Shown here: positions 14,301-29,300 of the stretch, in pieces | Layout of the letters: the number at the start of each line of letters is the position of its first letter | Position numbering within the stretch: the stretch's first letter is position 1 | Assembly: GCF_006345805.1 (NCBI RefSeq) | Contig: NC_043001.1 | Location: 104,532,001 to 104,596,000, forward strand | Reading direction: 5' to 3' | DNA length: 64,000 nucleotides | Origin: Octopus sinensis | Lineage: Eukaryota | Translations under genes and position numbers: made by a program | Notes under the pieces: generated by a model | Databases searched by the model: none | Told to the model about the DNA's origin: nothing | Seen by the model: only the letters and a program-made list of their open reading frames with translations

Positions 14301-17300
14301 TTTTAATGTTCCAAATGAAACAATGCAGATGGAGATGCATAAAAAAACATTTTCATCTCAAAAGATGAAGTTAATAATCTGAAAAACTTATAATCACATC
14401 TGCAATAACTCATCTCAAACATTTACATATTTAAGAAACATTATTCTCAAATTAAAAATACAGCCTTTCTCATTTACAAAACAAACAGCCAAAGAAACAA
14501 AGAAATATAGAAAACATGTTACTGTGAATTTGTTTAGTTCTGTAGAGTGTTAGAGTAATGAAGAATGAGGCCAGACTGGAGTTTATATTCTAGTGGTCCT
14601 TGTGGTGTAAATGGACACCATACAGATTAATGAACCAAAGCTACATAGAAATCATAAGAGGATCACACCCTCAACATGTCTGAGGTGTAGAATAACACTT
14701 GGGGCATTTGCTTGCTCATTTTCATATGCATAACAATTTGTCTCTTTGTTAAATATTATCAATTAAGCACCAAAGATAACCTTTGCAGCATGTAGAGTCC
14801 ACTGACTTTGGCTGTTGTTGTACATCATAACAACGTATTCCCAAAGATGATCATGTCTCTGAAGACTGGTCCTTAGGATTCACTTTAGTCATATTCCTGA
14901 CAATAGCATCTGGCTACACCAGCATTCTAGGCATGACTTTTGAATTGGCAAAGAAGAAAAGAGATTAAATGGGTTTTTTTTTTGTTAGAACATAAAGTAT
15001 AGCAATTGAGAAGTGAAAACCATTTTCACTAACCAGCTTTGGCTATTTAAACTCTTTGGCATTTAAAAGGGTTATATCCGGCCCAAATGTTCCACCTACT
15101 TTATGTTCAAAATAGCCACATCTGTCTTAACCTTCATAAAAGAGGATCACACCCTCAACAGGTCTGAAGTGTAGAATCCCACTTGGGTCATTTGCTTGCT
15201 CATTTCAATATGCATAACAATTTGTCTCCTCATAAAATATAACCTTTGCAGCATGTAGAGTCCACTGAATTTGGCTGTTGTTGTACATCATTATAACGTA
15301 TTCTCAAAGATGGTCATGTCTCTGAAGACTGGTCCTTAGGATTCACTTTAGCCATATTCCTGACAATAGCATAAGGCTACACTATGACTTTTTGTAATGA
15401 GAGAATCCTGAACAAATGATGGTAGGTGGACTAATTGATTGCAATAAGTAAGAACTGAGTGAACTGTCAGGGTGTTGTTGATGGTGTTGGTTCAACTGTA
15501 TTTGTTTACTGTGTTAGTTTGATATGCGTTAGTTTAACAGTCCATAGATACTGAGTATCATACCCACTTTTGAGTAGTATGGAGTGTATTCTATGTTAAC
15601 ATGTATTTCTATGTTATTTTTAGATATGTTAATATAATATATATATCTTATTTTTAGATAACCACAACCACCTATTTATTCTGTGTAATACCATTTTACA
15701 CCGGATGTGTATACTCACATCATAACGTTTTTGACAATGAACTATCCGAAGCTCATGCGGGACTGATTTTTACTTGAATATGGAAGGTTTACTAGTTATG
15801 ACAATTCAATTACAGAAACAACAGCAGCAGTCGTTAGAATTTCAGAAGCAACAGCAACTGTTAGTACAACTGATACAGAAGAAAACAGAAAATACATTTA
15901 GTTCATTCACCCCTGATACTGTCACAAACTCAATAGAAGATTTCACATATATATCAGAGGAGGACACTACCCTCTCTGCTTACTTTAGAAGGTATGCAGA
16001 AATTTTTAGAGAAGAATGCTGCAACTGGCAAGACAAGAAAAAAACTCAACTTTTGTTGAGAAAGTTGGCACCAGCCAAGTATGAGATATACTACAATTAC
16101 ATATTACCAAAGAAACCAGTTGAAGTCTGTTTTAAAGAAATGGTGAATATTCTATCAAAGATTTTCAGCAAGAAAAAAGCTCTTTATTTAATATGCACTG
16201 ACAATGCATGAATATTTAAAAAAAAAAAAGGATGATGATTTTATTATATATACTGGAATTATTAATAAGGTATGTGAGAGATTTAAAATTAATGAACTAA
16301 AACCAGATATGTTTAAATACTTGAGAACTACACTACAGATTCGACTGTCCTTCTAAAGATTGAAAATGCTTCAAGTGTGGTATAAGATAGGTCATAAAAA
16401 ATCACACTGGTTCAACAAGAAAAATCATGTAAACAGCTTATTAGTGACAAGAAATACAAATGAAACTCATAGGAAATTTGTGTATGCAAAAATTAATAAT
16501 ACAAATGTAAAACTATAGTTAGATACAGGTAGTGACATTAATTAATGAAAACACATGGAAAACAATTGGCACACCTACACTACAGAAAACCTCAAAGATT
16601 GCATGTGGAGTCTCGGAGATTAAATTAATTTTTACAGGTGAAATTATCTGTAATGTTACATTTTGCAGTAAGACTATAAAAGTGAAAGCTTATGTGTTAA
16701 AAAATACAAGCAACCTTTTTGGAACTGTTTGACTTATGAGGTTTACCCATAAATAATTTTTGTAAAAATGTAATGAGGTTGTGTGCCAGTTCAAATACAG
16801 AGTCATAAAATTTAAAAAAAGAAGAGGAAAGGTTGTTCCCTGATGTTTTTTTTAGATGAAATGGGTTGGTGCAATAAATTTAAAGCAAAATTTCATGTAA
16901 AAGAAAATTCATTACCAGTATTTAAACCTAAACATAATGTACTGTTTGCAGCATTGGAACAAGTAGATAAGGAATTAGACAGACTGGAGAAAATGGGAGT
17001 GATTGAAAAGGTCAACTACTCAGATTGGGTGTCCCTAACAGTGTATGTAAACAAGAAGAACAATGAAATTTGTGTATGTGCAGATTTCTTGATGAGACTA
17101 AATGAATGTTCAAGACAGTATAACTACTCATTACCTAGCCCAGAAGAAAACTAAATGGTGGTAAATTATTCTCAAAATTAGATCTTTCTCATTCTTACTT
17201 ACAAATACAACTGGAACATGAATGTACCAAACTTCTCACATTAAATACCCATAAAGGTCTATACAAATTTAACTGGCTCCTGTTTAGCATAAAAGTTGCT

Positions 17301-20300
17301 CTAGCTATATTCCAACAAGTGATTGATGCGATGCTAGTAGAGTGTGACTTTGGGATGACCCACCTGGACAATATATTGATTAAAAGTGAATCTTGGGATC
17401 AGCATGTTGAGCATGTGAAATGTGTTTTTGAAAAAGTAAAAGATTATGGTTTCAAAATGGGTGAGGAGAGATGCAAATTTTCTTGCCTAAAATTAAGAAC
17501 TTAGGACAAATTATTGATAAAAATTTGTCAAGGGCAGATATGATGAAAAATATGCCCCCTTCAACAAATATATCTACCTTAGAAGATTTTTGGGGGACTT
17601 GCAAACTATTATCAGCTTTATATAACAAATATGCACAAGGTAGGAGCTCCACTAGATAATTTACTAAAAAAGTTGTAAAGTAGAATTGTTCTGAAAATTG
17701 TCAGAAGGTGTTTGAAGAAATTAAAAAGATATTGATGTCAGATTTGTTTTTAGCACATTTTTATCCTGCATTGGAAATTGTATTAGCTTCAGATGCCAGT
17801 GGGTATGGTATTGGAGCAGTAATTCTACATAAATACGAGGATGGGTAACATGAAGACCGTGGGCAATGCCACATGTTCTTTACTACAAGCAGAGGAAATT
17901 TACAGCCAAATCAAAAAAGAGTTCTAGTGATTATTTTCGCTGTAAAAAAATTTCAAAGACTTTTAACACAGTAAAAACTTTCATCTACAGACTGATCATC
18001 ATCCATTATTATCTACATATGGGTTGAAGAAAAGAATCCCAACCCTTACTGCTAGTAGGTTGCAATGCTGGGGTGTTATATTACTAAATTATGATTTTAA
18101 GATGGGGTTTATACCATCTAAGAAATTAGGGTACGCTGATTGGTTTGTTAAGATTGATACCAAAAATTACTTAACCACATGATTGCAGCATTGCATGCAG
18201 GAAAAGAAATTAAAAATGTTTTATGTAATGTTGTATGAGAATTACCAGATACTTTAGAAGAAATCAAACTAAAAGCAGAGAATGATGAATTTATTTAAAA
18301 AATTACAAGAACTCTGAATGCTGAAAAAAGAAATAAAATTATGCACTTAGCAGAATGCAACATGAATTTGAACCTGCTCTCAATTTGTGACAATGTGCTA
18401 ATGTATACACAAAGTGTGGTAGTGCTGGTCACACTATAAAAACAAATACTAAAGGAATTTCACATTGGTCATTTGGGGATTTCAAGAATGAAATCATTGA
18501 TGAGAATCTATGTGTACTGGTCAAGAATGGACTGAGAGATTGGAGAATCACTGAAAGCATACAGAGGCTGTGCTCTAGCTGCAAAATCACCTACCACAAA
18601 ATGGCAACTGTGGCCAAAAACAGATATTCCATGGTCCAGACTGCATGTTGATTTCACAGATCCACTTAACGATTCACATTACCTTGTTGTGATAGACAGT
18701 TTTTCTAAGTGGCCTGAAGTACATAAATGTAAGAAATCAACATCCTCAGTTACAGTAAGCTTTTTACACAAATTGTTTGTTTCTTGATACAATTGTATGT
18801 GATAATGGAACTGAGTTTACTGCAGTTGAGTTCAAAAAATTCTGTAAAATGTCCTCTATCAAACGTGACCAGTCTGCCATATCATCTTGTTGTGATAGAC
18901 AGACAAGCAGAGCATTTTGTCGATACATTTAAGAGGGCTTTAAAGAAAGTGATTAACAAAATAATGGATGACCTAGTACTTCAACAGTTTTTAAGGGTAT
19001 ATCAGGTGACATCAGATCCCGATGCCTCTCTAGAATGTCACCTGTAGAATTAATGTTCACTAGGAAAATTAGATCAGTGTTCAACAAATTCTTACTGAGT
19101 GAAAAAAAAAAAAAGAGAAATATTGGACAACAAATATAATACAAAATTTTTCAAAATTAGTGACAAAGTTTTCTTTAAAATGTATAAAAACAGTAAAGAA
19201 ATGTGGGAAGACAGGGTGATTGCTAATCAGATTGCGAAAGTGTTATTTTTGATAAAAGGTCACAACTACAAACATAAGTGACATATAAATCAATTAAAAA
19301 GAAAATTCACTGAGGAAACGGTCACAAGAAACGAAATTCCAGTGGAAATCTTTCGTGATACATTTAATGAACCAGCACCTACACAAATTGTGGAAGCTAC
19401 ATGTTCAAGTATAAGGAAAAGAAAACGAACAGATGTACTTGAAACAGACCCTAAATGCAAAAGATATTAAGCTCTGAGCAGAACTAAATTCTCAAAATGG
19501 GAAGATGTTAAGGGAGAATCCTCAACATCCCCACATGACTGAAGGCGGACTAACCAATAACAATAAATAAGAACTGAGTGAACTATCAGGATGTAGTTGA
19601 CAGTGTTAGTTTGACGTGTGTTGGTTTAACAGTCCATAGTTGAAAAATGAATACTGAGTATCATACCTACTTTTGAGCAGTATGGAGTGCAATTTGTGTT
19701 ATCATATATTTCTGCAATAAGATATTTTTAGATAACCACAACTATTTATTTCATGCAAAACCACTCTACAAGGAGGGGAGCTGGCAGAAACATTAGCAAA
19801 CTGTGCGAAATGCTTAGGGGTATTTTGTCTGTCTTTACGTTCTGAGTTCAAATTCTGCCAAGGTTGACTTTGCCTTTCATCAATAAATCAAGTACCAGTT
19901 GCGTACTGGAGTTGATCTAATCGACTGGCCCACCCCAACCCCAAAAGTTTCAGGCCTTGTACCTAGAGTAGAAAAGAATACCCTTTTACACCAGATGTGT
20001 ATACTCATGTCAGACACTTTTGGGTTTGCAGATAAAAAAGAGGGTGTTTTTTAGTTAGAACATGAAGAAAATATTGTAATTGAGAGATGAAAACCATTTT
20101 AACTAACCAGTTCTGGTTTTTTAACTCTTTGGTATTTAAAGCAGTTATATCCAGTCCCAATGTTCCACCTGCTTTATGTTGAAAACAACCGCAGCTGGCC
20201 TCTCACACCTACCCTACAATCTCATTGTACAAATAAACAATCATCTCACGAAATTCTCAATGCTACAAGATAAACCATGATCAATTCAAAATGATGTGAA

Positions 20301-23300
20301 TAAAGAAGCTTGCATTTCCCAGAGTAATCTCATTGCTAAACGGTTGATCATTGTATATTTTTGTAGTATTATATTTAATGATGCATATTTTTATATCCTT
20401 GTAGAGTGTATTATTTTCAAAATACAACTCATTAGAATTTAAAGATAAGGATCAGTCCTCAGCCCCTTCTTGTTCATCATACTCTTCCAGGTAATATCAG
20501 TGGAATTTAAGTCGATCAGGCCCTGGGAGTTCCTCTATGTTGATGATCTTGTCTTAATAGCAGAAGCATTGCCAGAACTTGACAAAAAAAATTCAGGTAT
20601 GAAAGCAAGGTTTGCAATCAAAAAACCTAAGAGTTAATTTAGCATAAACTAAAGTCTGAGTAAGTAGGAAAGCAGACAAATCACATATTCTTTCAGGTAG
20701 ATGGACCTGCTTGATATATAGAAAAGGCATAGGTAGAAACTCCTTAAAGTGTACCTGCTGCAAGCCATGGACACATAAGAGGTATGGCTATATCAGAAGA
20801 TGGTTAACAGACAAAAAAGTCTTTGTGTATGGCAGATGTATAAGTACAATAAGCACTAGAACTGTACAGAAAATGGATTCCATTAAATGCCAAAGGAGGA
20901 GGGGGTACCCAGAAGTAGTTGATTGTTTTCATTATCTAGGTGATAGAGTCAGTAGTGGAGGTGGGTGCTCCAAGAGCATAGCTGCTAGAATATGCTGGGC
21001 AAAGTTAAGAGAGCTTCTATCTTTGTTGGTAACTAAGGACCTCTGCCTCAGAGTGAAAGGCAGATTGTATGATGCCTGTGTGCAAACAGCCATGCAACAC
21101 AGCAGTGAAACATAGACTGTCACTGAAGAGGACATGTGAAGGCTTAAAAGAAATGAAGCCATTATACTTTGCTGGATGTGCAATGCATGTGTGCATGCAT
21201 GACAGTGTAAGAGTCTTGAAAGTAAAATTGGGCAGAAGAGGCATCAGATGTGGTGTGCAAGATAGACAATTGCACTAGTATAATCATGTTATGTGTACAG
21301 ATGAAGACAGCTGCATAAAGAAGTGCAAATCTCTAACTGTGGAGAAACCCTTGGAATATGTAAACCCAGGAACACAAGGCACGAGATGGTGAAGCATGAT
21401 CTTCAAATGCTGGGTCTCACAGAAGCAATGACCTTTGGCAAGACCTTTGGCAATTTGCTGTGCTTCAGAAGGCTTCACAGTTGTGGCCAGAACTAGTGAC
21501 ATGTAAAAACACCCATGCAAATGACACATAAAAGCACCTATGTCCTTGGTCTACCCCTAAGTCTCTTGCCAATCGGCATGGTTAGAAGAATGCATCTTGT
21601 GATTCTTTCTTGCAATATGCTAATCTAGTACCAGATACGAAACGGTTCAAGACACAGAAGTAGAAGTTCAACCTAGAGAGACTCCCTGCTCTCTAAGCTA
21701 TGCATCCTGTCAAGTAACATTACTCTAGAAACCTTTTCATACACTGTGGCATGAAAAGAGGCAGCAGAGACAGTAAAAACCTCCAATGCTAAGTCATAGG
21801 AGGACTCTGGGGTTAATCTGGACTCTGATTTCAGGTTGACCAATAAAGTATTCTGGCAGAATATCTCCTCACTTTATAACAAGAAGCCCTCTTCCACCGT
21901 TGACGTTAAGAATTCAGCTGGAATTCTTCCCTCAAAAAAAGAAAAGTATTCTTTGGGTTGGAAGAGAATACATAAAGGATCTTCTCTATCTGATCCGTAT
22001 AAGATCTTCTGGTTGACATGAGGTACATCTAGGGCCAAAGGCTAACCTCACAGAGATAATTAAAGCACTCAAGTGTGCCAAGGCAGCTGAAGTGGATGAA
22101 ATTTCACCTGAGATGTTAAGAAAATTAAAAAGAGAAGATATTCTCTGGTTGATTTGTGTATAGCAGGTGGCTTGGACTTCTGAAAAGACACCAAAACAAT
22201 GGCAATTTGAGGTGATGATCTCAATTTTGAAAAAGGGAGAGAAAACTGAAGGAAACAAATGTTTGGACTAGGAATTCCTTGCTTTGTATATATATTATTC
22301 CTTGTTTCTGTTCTGGGTTGTTAAATGACAAGGACTTATTCAAATTGAATACTGAAATTAAATAAATTTAGTTATTTCTCACATCAACATTGTCATGGAT
22401 ACTTTTACTATTTTCTACATATACCTTTATACTGGTTTCAAAGTTTGGCACAAGGCCAGCAACTTTCTGAGAAGGCTACATCAATTACAATGATCCCAGT
22501 GCTCAACTGTTACTTATCCTATCAAACATGAAAGGATGAAAGGCAAAGTCAACCTTCGCTGAAATTTGAACTCAGAATGTAAAAATGGATGAAATGCGAC
22601 TAAGCACTATGATTCTCCCAGTTCTTCATCTTACATATATCTTTATATTGTTATTACATTTATACATCACAATCTCCTCCTTTCCTTTTACAGTAAAAAT
22701 CCAATTTAAACAATATGTAATTTAAATATTTACATAGTTCTTTCTTTCTGTACCTCTCGAGGACTGAACAGCTGAATGAAAAACATGTCATAATCCTGCA
22801 AATATTCAAAATGAAAGCATATATTTAGACTTTATAATAAACTGAATGTTTTAACATATGCAGTTCTATTTTACCATGTAATTGACTCTTCAATCAAACT
22901 GGATATTGCCTCACTTCCTGAAGCAATTGGTTGTTTTGGTTCTCTACATCCACAGCAACATCAAATTTCTAAAGGAATAATAAAATTAAATACGAGTCCA
23001 ATACAAGAAACAAACAAAGACTTTCTCTTTCATTAGTTTCAATATCAAAGCTGCAGTGGGTACTTTTACCTCCACAAATTCAACAACTTTCCTTGTGTTA
23101 TCAAGCTTCAGTAAATTGTAAACATTAAACTAGTATATCAAAATCTTGTATACCATCAAGTCTCTTCCTCTTAATGCTGTACCAAATTACCAATATTCGA
23201 AAGAGGTTTAGAATTCCAAAACAAAGTAGAGAAGCAAAATAAGTTTGGAGAAGAGAATAAATATAATTTCTATTTCTTAATAGAAAAAGGCCCTCACAGA

Positions 23301-26300
23301 AGGCAGCATATAATCATATCATTTGTTCAATTAAAGCAACTAAATTGTTATCAACTATCATCTTTGAAATGGCATCACCTAGTATTAAGTTCCTCAATTT
23401 CAGACAATGATCCAAAAGAAAGTCAATACTTTTATGATTTTTTTATAGGTTTGTCAGATGAGGCAAGTTAGTTTCCATATTTTGGTAGCTCTGCCTCAGA
23501 CTTGTAACAATTTCAGTGTATGATGTTCAACCTGAATATGTGAATGTAAACAATAATTGGAGAAGAGGAACTGCTATAAATTTCTTATATGAATAGTCTG
23601 ATGAAACAGTGTCCCTGACACCCTTGTTTCAGACAACAGAACGCTGTTGCAATGTATTTGTTTATCCATAAGCATATAAGTTTCCATGATATTTTCACAA
23701 CCTTGTAAATTTTGAGTTGTAAGAATCTCAGTGTAAGATGTTCAACCTGAGTATCTGAAGTTAAAAAATAATCGGTGGAGAGGAACTGCTGATTTGGTCC
23801 GAATGCATGAAAGTGAGGGAATTCTCAATAAGGTCACCCAAGAACCAATCTTTTAATATTTTGGTAGAAAACAAGAGAAACCTCAGCCATGACATCTCTA
23901 GTTAGAAACACATCAGAAAGAACAGGTGACTTAGATGAAACTGCACCTTGTTATATACCGTAATATTACATGTACGCTAATGATATTGTTTTCCTTATTT
24001 CTCATCTATAATATAATATAAGATGGAACGTGTGTGCATGCATATGTGACTGACCGTTAGGTTGATCCCACATAAAATCAATACATTTCATCCGATTTCG
24101 TTCACTTATGTTCCACAGATGATTCTACACTCCTTAAATTTTTCTCTTATGGAGTAATATGGAGTAATGGGGCATCTAGGGTCAGAAGGTCAGAAAACCC
24201 TGTTACGGTGACTATTGTGGACAAGGGAGATAGCTCTTTGTGAAGTAATGGTCAGAAACTGATTGTCTCCCTTACACTGAAAGGTGTGTGTGTGTGTGTC
24301 GCCTCATTCTCAGAGAAATATCCTACAATATCCACAAACTCAAACAGTACATTGCAGACAATGAGATTCTTCTCAATTCTAATCAAACTGACATGTACAA
24401 TTTTGTCCTCAGAAACATGTACACACACACTGGTAAAAGCATCTTCTTAGATGCACCCGGTGAAACTGGAAAAACATTCCTTCTGAATCTTCTTGTTGTG
24501 AAGTTGCGGCATAATAGTGACCTTGCTATTGCTGTTGCCTCCTCAGGAACAGCACATTCTGCCTTCAAATTGCCTTTCAATGTAGCACATCAAGAAAACC
24601 CAATGTGCCACATAATGCATTCCTTGGACAAAGCAACAGTTTTTAAAATATGCAAACTCATTGTTTGGGATGAAACAAATATGTCCCATAAATGTTTCCT
24701 ACAAGCACTTCATACCACAATGAGAGACCTTAGATCAAACAACAACATCCTTGGAGGTGTGACTCTATATCTTGCAAGAGATTTTCGACAAACTCTACCT
24801 ATCATTATACTCAAAGGAACACCTGCTGATGAACTTAATGCTTGCCTTAAAAAAAACCCTCCTTTGGATGCATGTTCAATCGAAACAACTCGTCATCAAC
24901 CTGAGATCACTCCTACAGACTGGTCAGCCGACATTCCACAACAAAATACAAGGTCAGTTGCTGAAAGTTGTTGGATTGGACCTTCGAACATTGTACTTTT
25001 CACATGGACAGTTCTATGTCAGTTGATCCAGAGTTGGCCATCCAGACAACTTATTCATCTATGCTCCTGAAGGAAAAACAAAGAATGACACCAACAAAGC
25101 AGCCCTACAGTAGCTATTCACCTACTACATTCTTCACATCTATGCTAAACTGTAGCCATTAGCAATCAGACTTTCTGCAAGCATTTCATTGATATTTTAC
25201 TTCATATCCCTAATTGTTGTTAACAGTACATTGCCTTCAATGACCCTTCTAACCTCAAGCATGCTGTTCAATCATAAGCATGCTCTGACATTTATTTCTG
25301 TACATGCCATTATCCTATTTGTGTGTTTGATATAAATGTTTGTTTTTTTCTTTATCATACATGACTTTCATTGAAAAAAAGTTTCAATACAATTGTGTCA
25401 GGTATTACAAGAAAAATAAGTACATGATACAAAATGCTTCAAGTAAGATATAGGGTGCTTAATGCCTACTGCAATTGCGATCTCATTTCATGGATTTTCA
25501 TTTATTATTAACTGCCAAATTTGTATTCAAAAAAATCTGTTTATTACCTAAGTTTCTTAATACCATGTCATAAGCTGCTAATGAAAATGGTAATTATACA
25601 TTATACACTTATCAACTTGAAACTACTTCTAACTGTGAGCTAATTCAACTTAAACATAACTCTGTCTCTTTATATGTACACTGGCTGACATACTTGGTAA
25701 TTCCCAGGAAAGTGGGGCTTATCCCTTGGTTTCGTTCTCATAATTGTTTCGCTAATTCAATAACAACAATACAAAGTATGTAGCCCTTAAAATGGTTTTT
25801 GTGCATTTACAGAGAATACTAAACTGTCTTACAAAGGATCTTGTTTTTAGGAATTCTCAATAAGTTATGAATACCTAACTTGTGAAATCAGTTACATAAT
25901 AACATGAAATTAAGTTACCCAGTAGTAAGAATTCAAATAAAGAGCTTTAATGCATTCTCAGAGTATATAGAACATAGGAAGAAATACTAAGGTATGTATA
26001 CTAAAATCGTGAAGCATGTTATGTAATAACAGGTTTATTGAATATGAGATAATAACAATTCAAAGTACATAACTCTGAAATGGGCTGTTTCCTCAGGGGT
26101 GCTAGTGTTGATATATTCATGAATAAGTCACTAACTGAAATAAGTGGATCTATTGTTTCGGAAAATACTATTTACTTGTTTAAGAGTTGTACTGGATAAA
26201 TTGCGAAAATAACTCTAACAGTTCAAATACTAAGAAATAAGCATACTCAATTTGATTTATACCAAATAATTTAAGAAAATGAATTGGTTATTTCCCTTGG

Positions 26301-29300
26301 CTTTTAAAATAAAATATATTAGATATATATAAGGATCCCTTCCAGGAGCCCTCCTATCAATTTTTTCAACAATCTGAGTATGACATGTGGTTTCCAGATA
26401 TGAGTTCTACTCTTGAGTCAAGTTTCATCAGAAGTGATAAAACGATGTAGGAGGAGTTAGCTAACAACTCCACAGACAAAATTTCCCACATATGTAGTAG
26501 ACATATAAAGAGACAGAGTTAAAGAGACTTATAAGCTGATAATATATAGAATGGTATTCAGCTTCCTCATCAAAATTTTCAATTTTCAAGCGGTGACAGA
26601 TGCTTTGAAATTTCATCAAATGCCACTCTTTACACTGTCTTTACATTTGTCTGAGAGAAGCTGAGGATATGCAATGGAGGAAAAAAACTGTTGTAGAGGG
26701 TAGAACAGATTTACAAACAAAAATAATAAAGAACCAATCAATAGAACTACTATGAATTATAAGTCTTTTGTGAAACCTTCATAGATGACAGAATGTTGAA
26801 GGTTTTTGCAGGTTTATTTTTAACCCTTTAGCAGATTATTTAGTCAAATGTAATGTGTATTTATCCATAATGTCTTGAATTAATTATGCATTATCTTGTA
26901 GATTTGGGATTTCAATGATGTTGTAAATTGATGAAACCCAAACTACTGGTCATGTTTATCCCCACATGAGTGCAAATGAGAACTTGTAGATTAGATGTTA
27001 CTACTACTACCACCACTGCCACCACCACCAGCACTGCTATTGCCACCACCACTACTACTACCACCATGATATTTATCAGAGGACTACTACAATATCAATT
27101 TACACTGTTGCAATTTTTATTTGTAGTTAGGTTGCTGACTAATTTAAGACAACATGAAGAGATTATCTGTTAAATTCATTCCAACACTGACATGAATTGA
27201 GGTACAGGAAGGGCAAACTCTGAATAAATAAATAAATAAATAAAAAACACCTACACTGGATTTGATCCTATGAACTAAGAGCATGTAATCCAATATTTCA
27301 TTCCCACAACCACCCCATTTCTACAGGTGTATCTATTTCATCAGTTTATAATTAAATAATACCAGATTTACTAAGAGTCCAGTTCTCTTGTAATTGTTTA
27401 GTCCCATTCAGTCCTGATCTTCCAATATACTGCACTGTAAATGAATCATATCAACTAACCTCACGGCCTTTGAAGGATTCCTCCACAAGTTTCCTGCAAA
27501 AGAAACAAACATATTTCAACACATCATTGCAATCATCATTACTTCTACATCAGCTCACAAAAAGAACCATTACAGAACTACTATTTTGTGTTTGTAAAGT
27601 TTTTTATTCTAATCAAAATCTACGATACATTTGAATAGGTTTAATTGCTGATTATCACCAGGCATCATATTTGTGGATGTCTGTATAGTATCAAACTGGA
27701 ATGTATTTAGCTTCCTAAATACATTCCGTGCTGGTGGCACGTGAAAAGCACCAACCAATCATGGCCATTGCCAGCCACCACTGGCCCCTGTGCCAGTGGC
27801 ACATAAAAAGCACCCACTACACTCATGGAGTGGTTGGTGTTAGGAAGGGCATCCAGCTGTAGAAACACTGCCAGATAAGACTGGAACCTGGTGCAGCCTT
27901 CTGGCTTCCCAGACCCCGGTCAAATCGTCCAACCCATGCTAGCATGGAAAACGGACATTAAACGATGATGATGATATATATATACATACACTCACACATG
28001 TATCCCTAATTCCTTAACCCCTATCCACACACATACAAAGGCACTACTATCCATAATTCAAAGCTCACAGACACACATACACAAAATAAACATGACTGCC
28101 CACATATGCACACAAACAAAATAACCATAAACCTCCATATGCATACACAAATACACACACAAACTTTACACTATCCACAAACATGACAGTGTCCAGACTT
28201 ACACAAACACTTCTGACCATAATTCTAAACACACACACAAATATATAATTGCCCACATTTATACACACAAATATGGTTGCCCACATTTACACAGACACAC
28301 ATACACATTTCAGCTTATGTGTGTACGCATACACATGCACAACGCCAGGACACCATTCCTTTGCTCTCCAGAATGAAACACACCTCTTCAGACAAACAGA
28401 TAAAAGGAAGATACAGGTAGTAAGACAGACAGGCATGCCAAGATCTAGGCTAAAACAAAGTCTTCAGAGACAAAAACCCAGAGAACTGTAGGGGGAAGAG
28501 AGATGGAGGGAGAGGGAGAGAGACAGAAGGAGAAGAGGGAAGAGAGATTTAATGATGGTAGCCTATGTTTTTGAACAAATATGACATGGATTTGCCATAG
28601 TGTATCCTGCATATGGTCTCAACCAACATCATACTGACGTCGACTGTCTTGATCTTGTAACACTGTAGTATCTGGATGTCATGGGGTACTGTGTTGGTTA
28701 CAACGACCTCAACTATAGAAGATTCTTCAATAAGTTTGGAAGCATCAGAGGATGAATGCCATGTGTGGCCATGACATATATATTGTAAGTACCTCTGTTC
28801 TTCAAAGACTCAGCTATTTTCATAAATGGTCTCACTTCATCCACCATATTGTCCACAATAATGGCGATTTGGCTTCCTACATCACCAACCATATTTAGAA
28901 GAGTTTTTTCTTAGGTTTGTAGCATTGGCAAGTACTTCAGTTCATAGATCAGCCAGTTGTGATCCTGGCCAGGAAGGAGGGTGAGTTGCAGCCATCCTCA
29001 CTGTTAGCATCTTTCACCTCACCATGGATTGCAGCAATGTCCAGACCTAGGCGCCTTGCATATGATATGACACACTTCACTGAGTTTGCATTGTGGGAGA
29101 CAATGACAGCATTGTGGTAGTCTGGGATTGATTCTATGATGTACTGAATGAGGAAAGGTGATACCCTTAAGCTGTCTAGAGGAACATTGAAGAAACCTTG
29201 AATTTCCTTCTGGTGTAGATCCATAGAGATGATGTGCGTAAGCCCTGATCTTGACAACATGGTAACCAAAAGCTTACAAGCAATGGATCCTCGCTTCCTC

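Noticed and set aside
26970-27173. Poly-Thr ORF
   Set aside because: Product of an (ACT/ACC)n microsatellite
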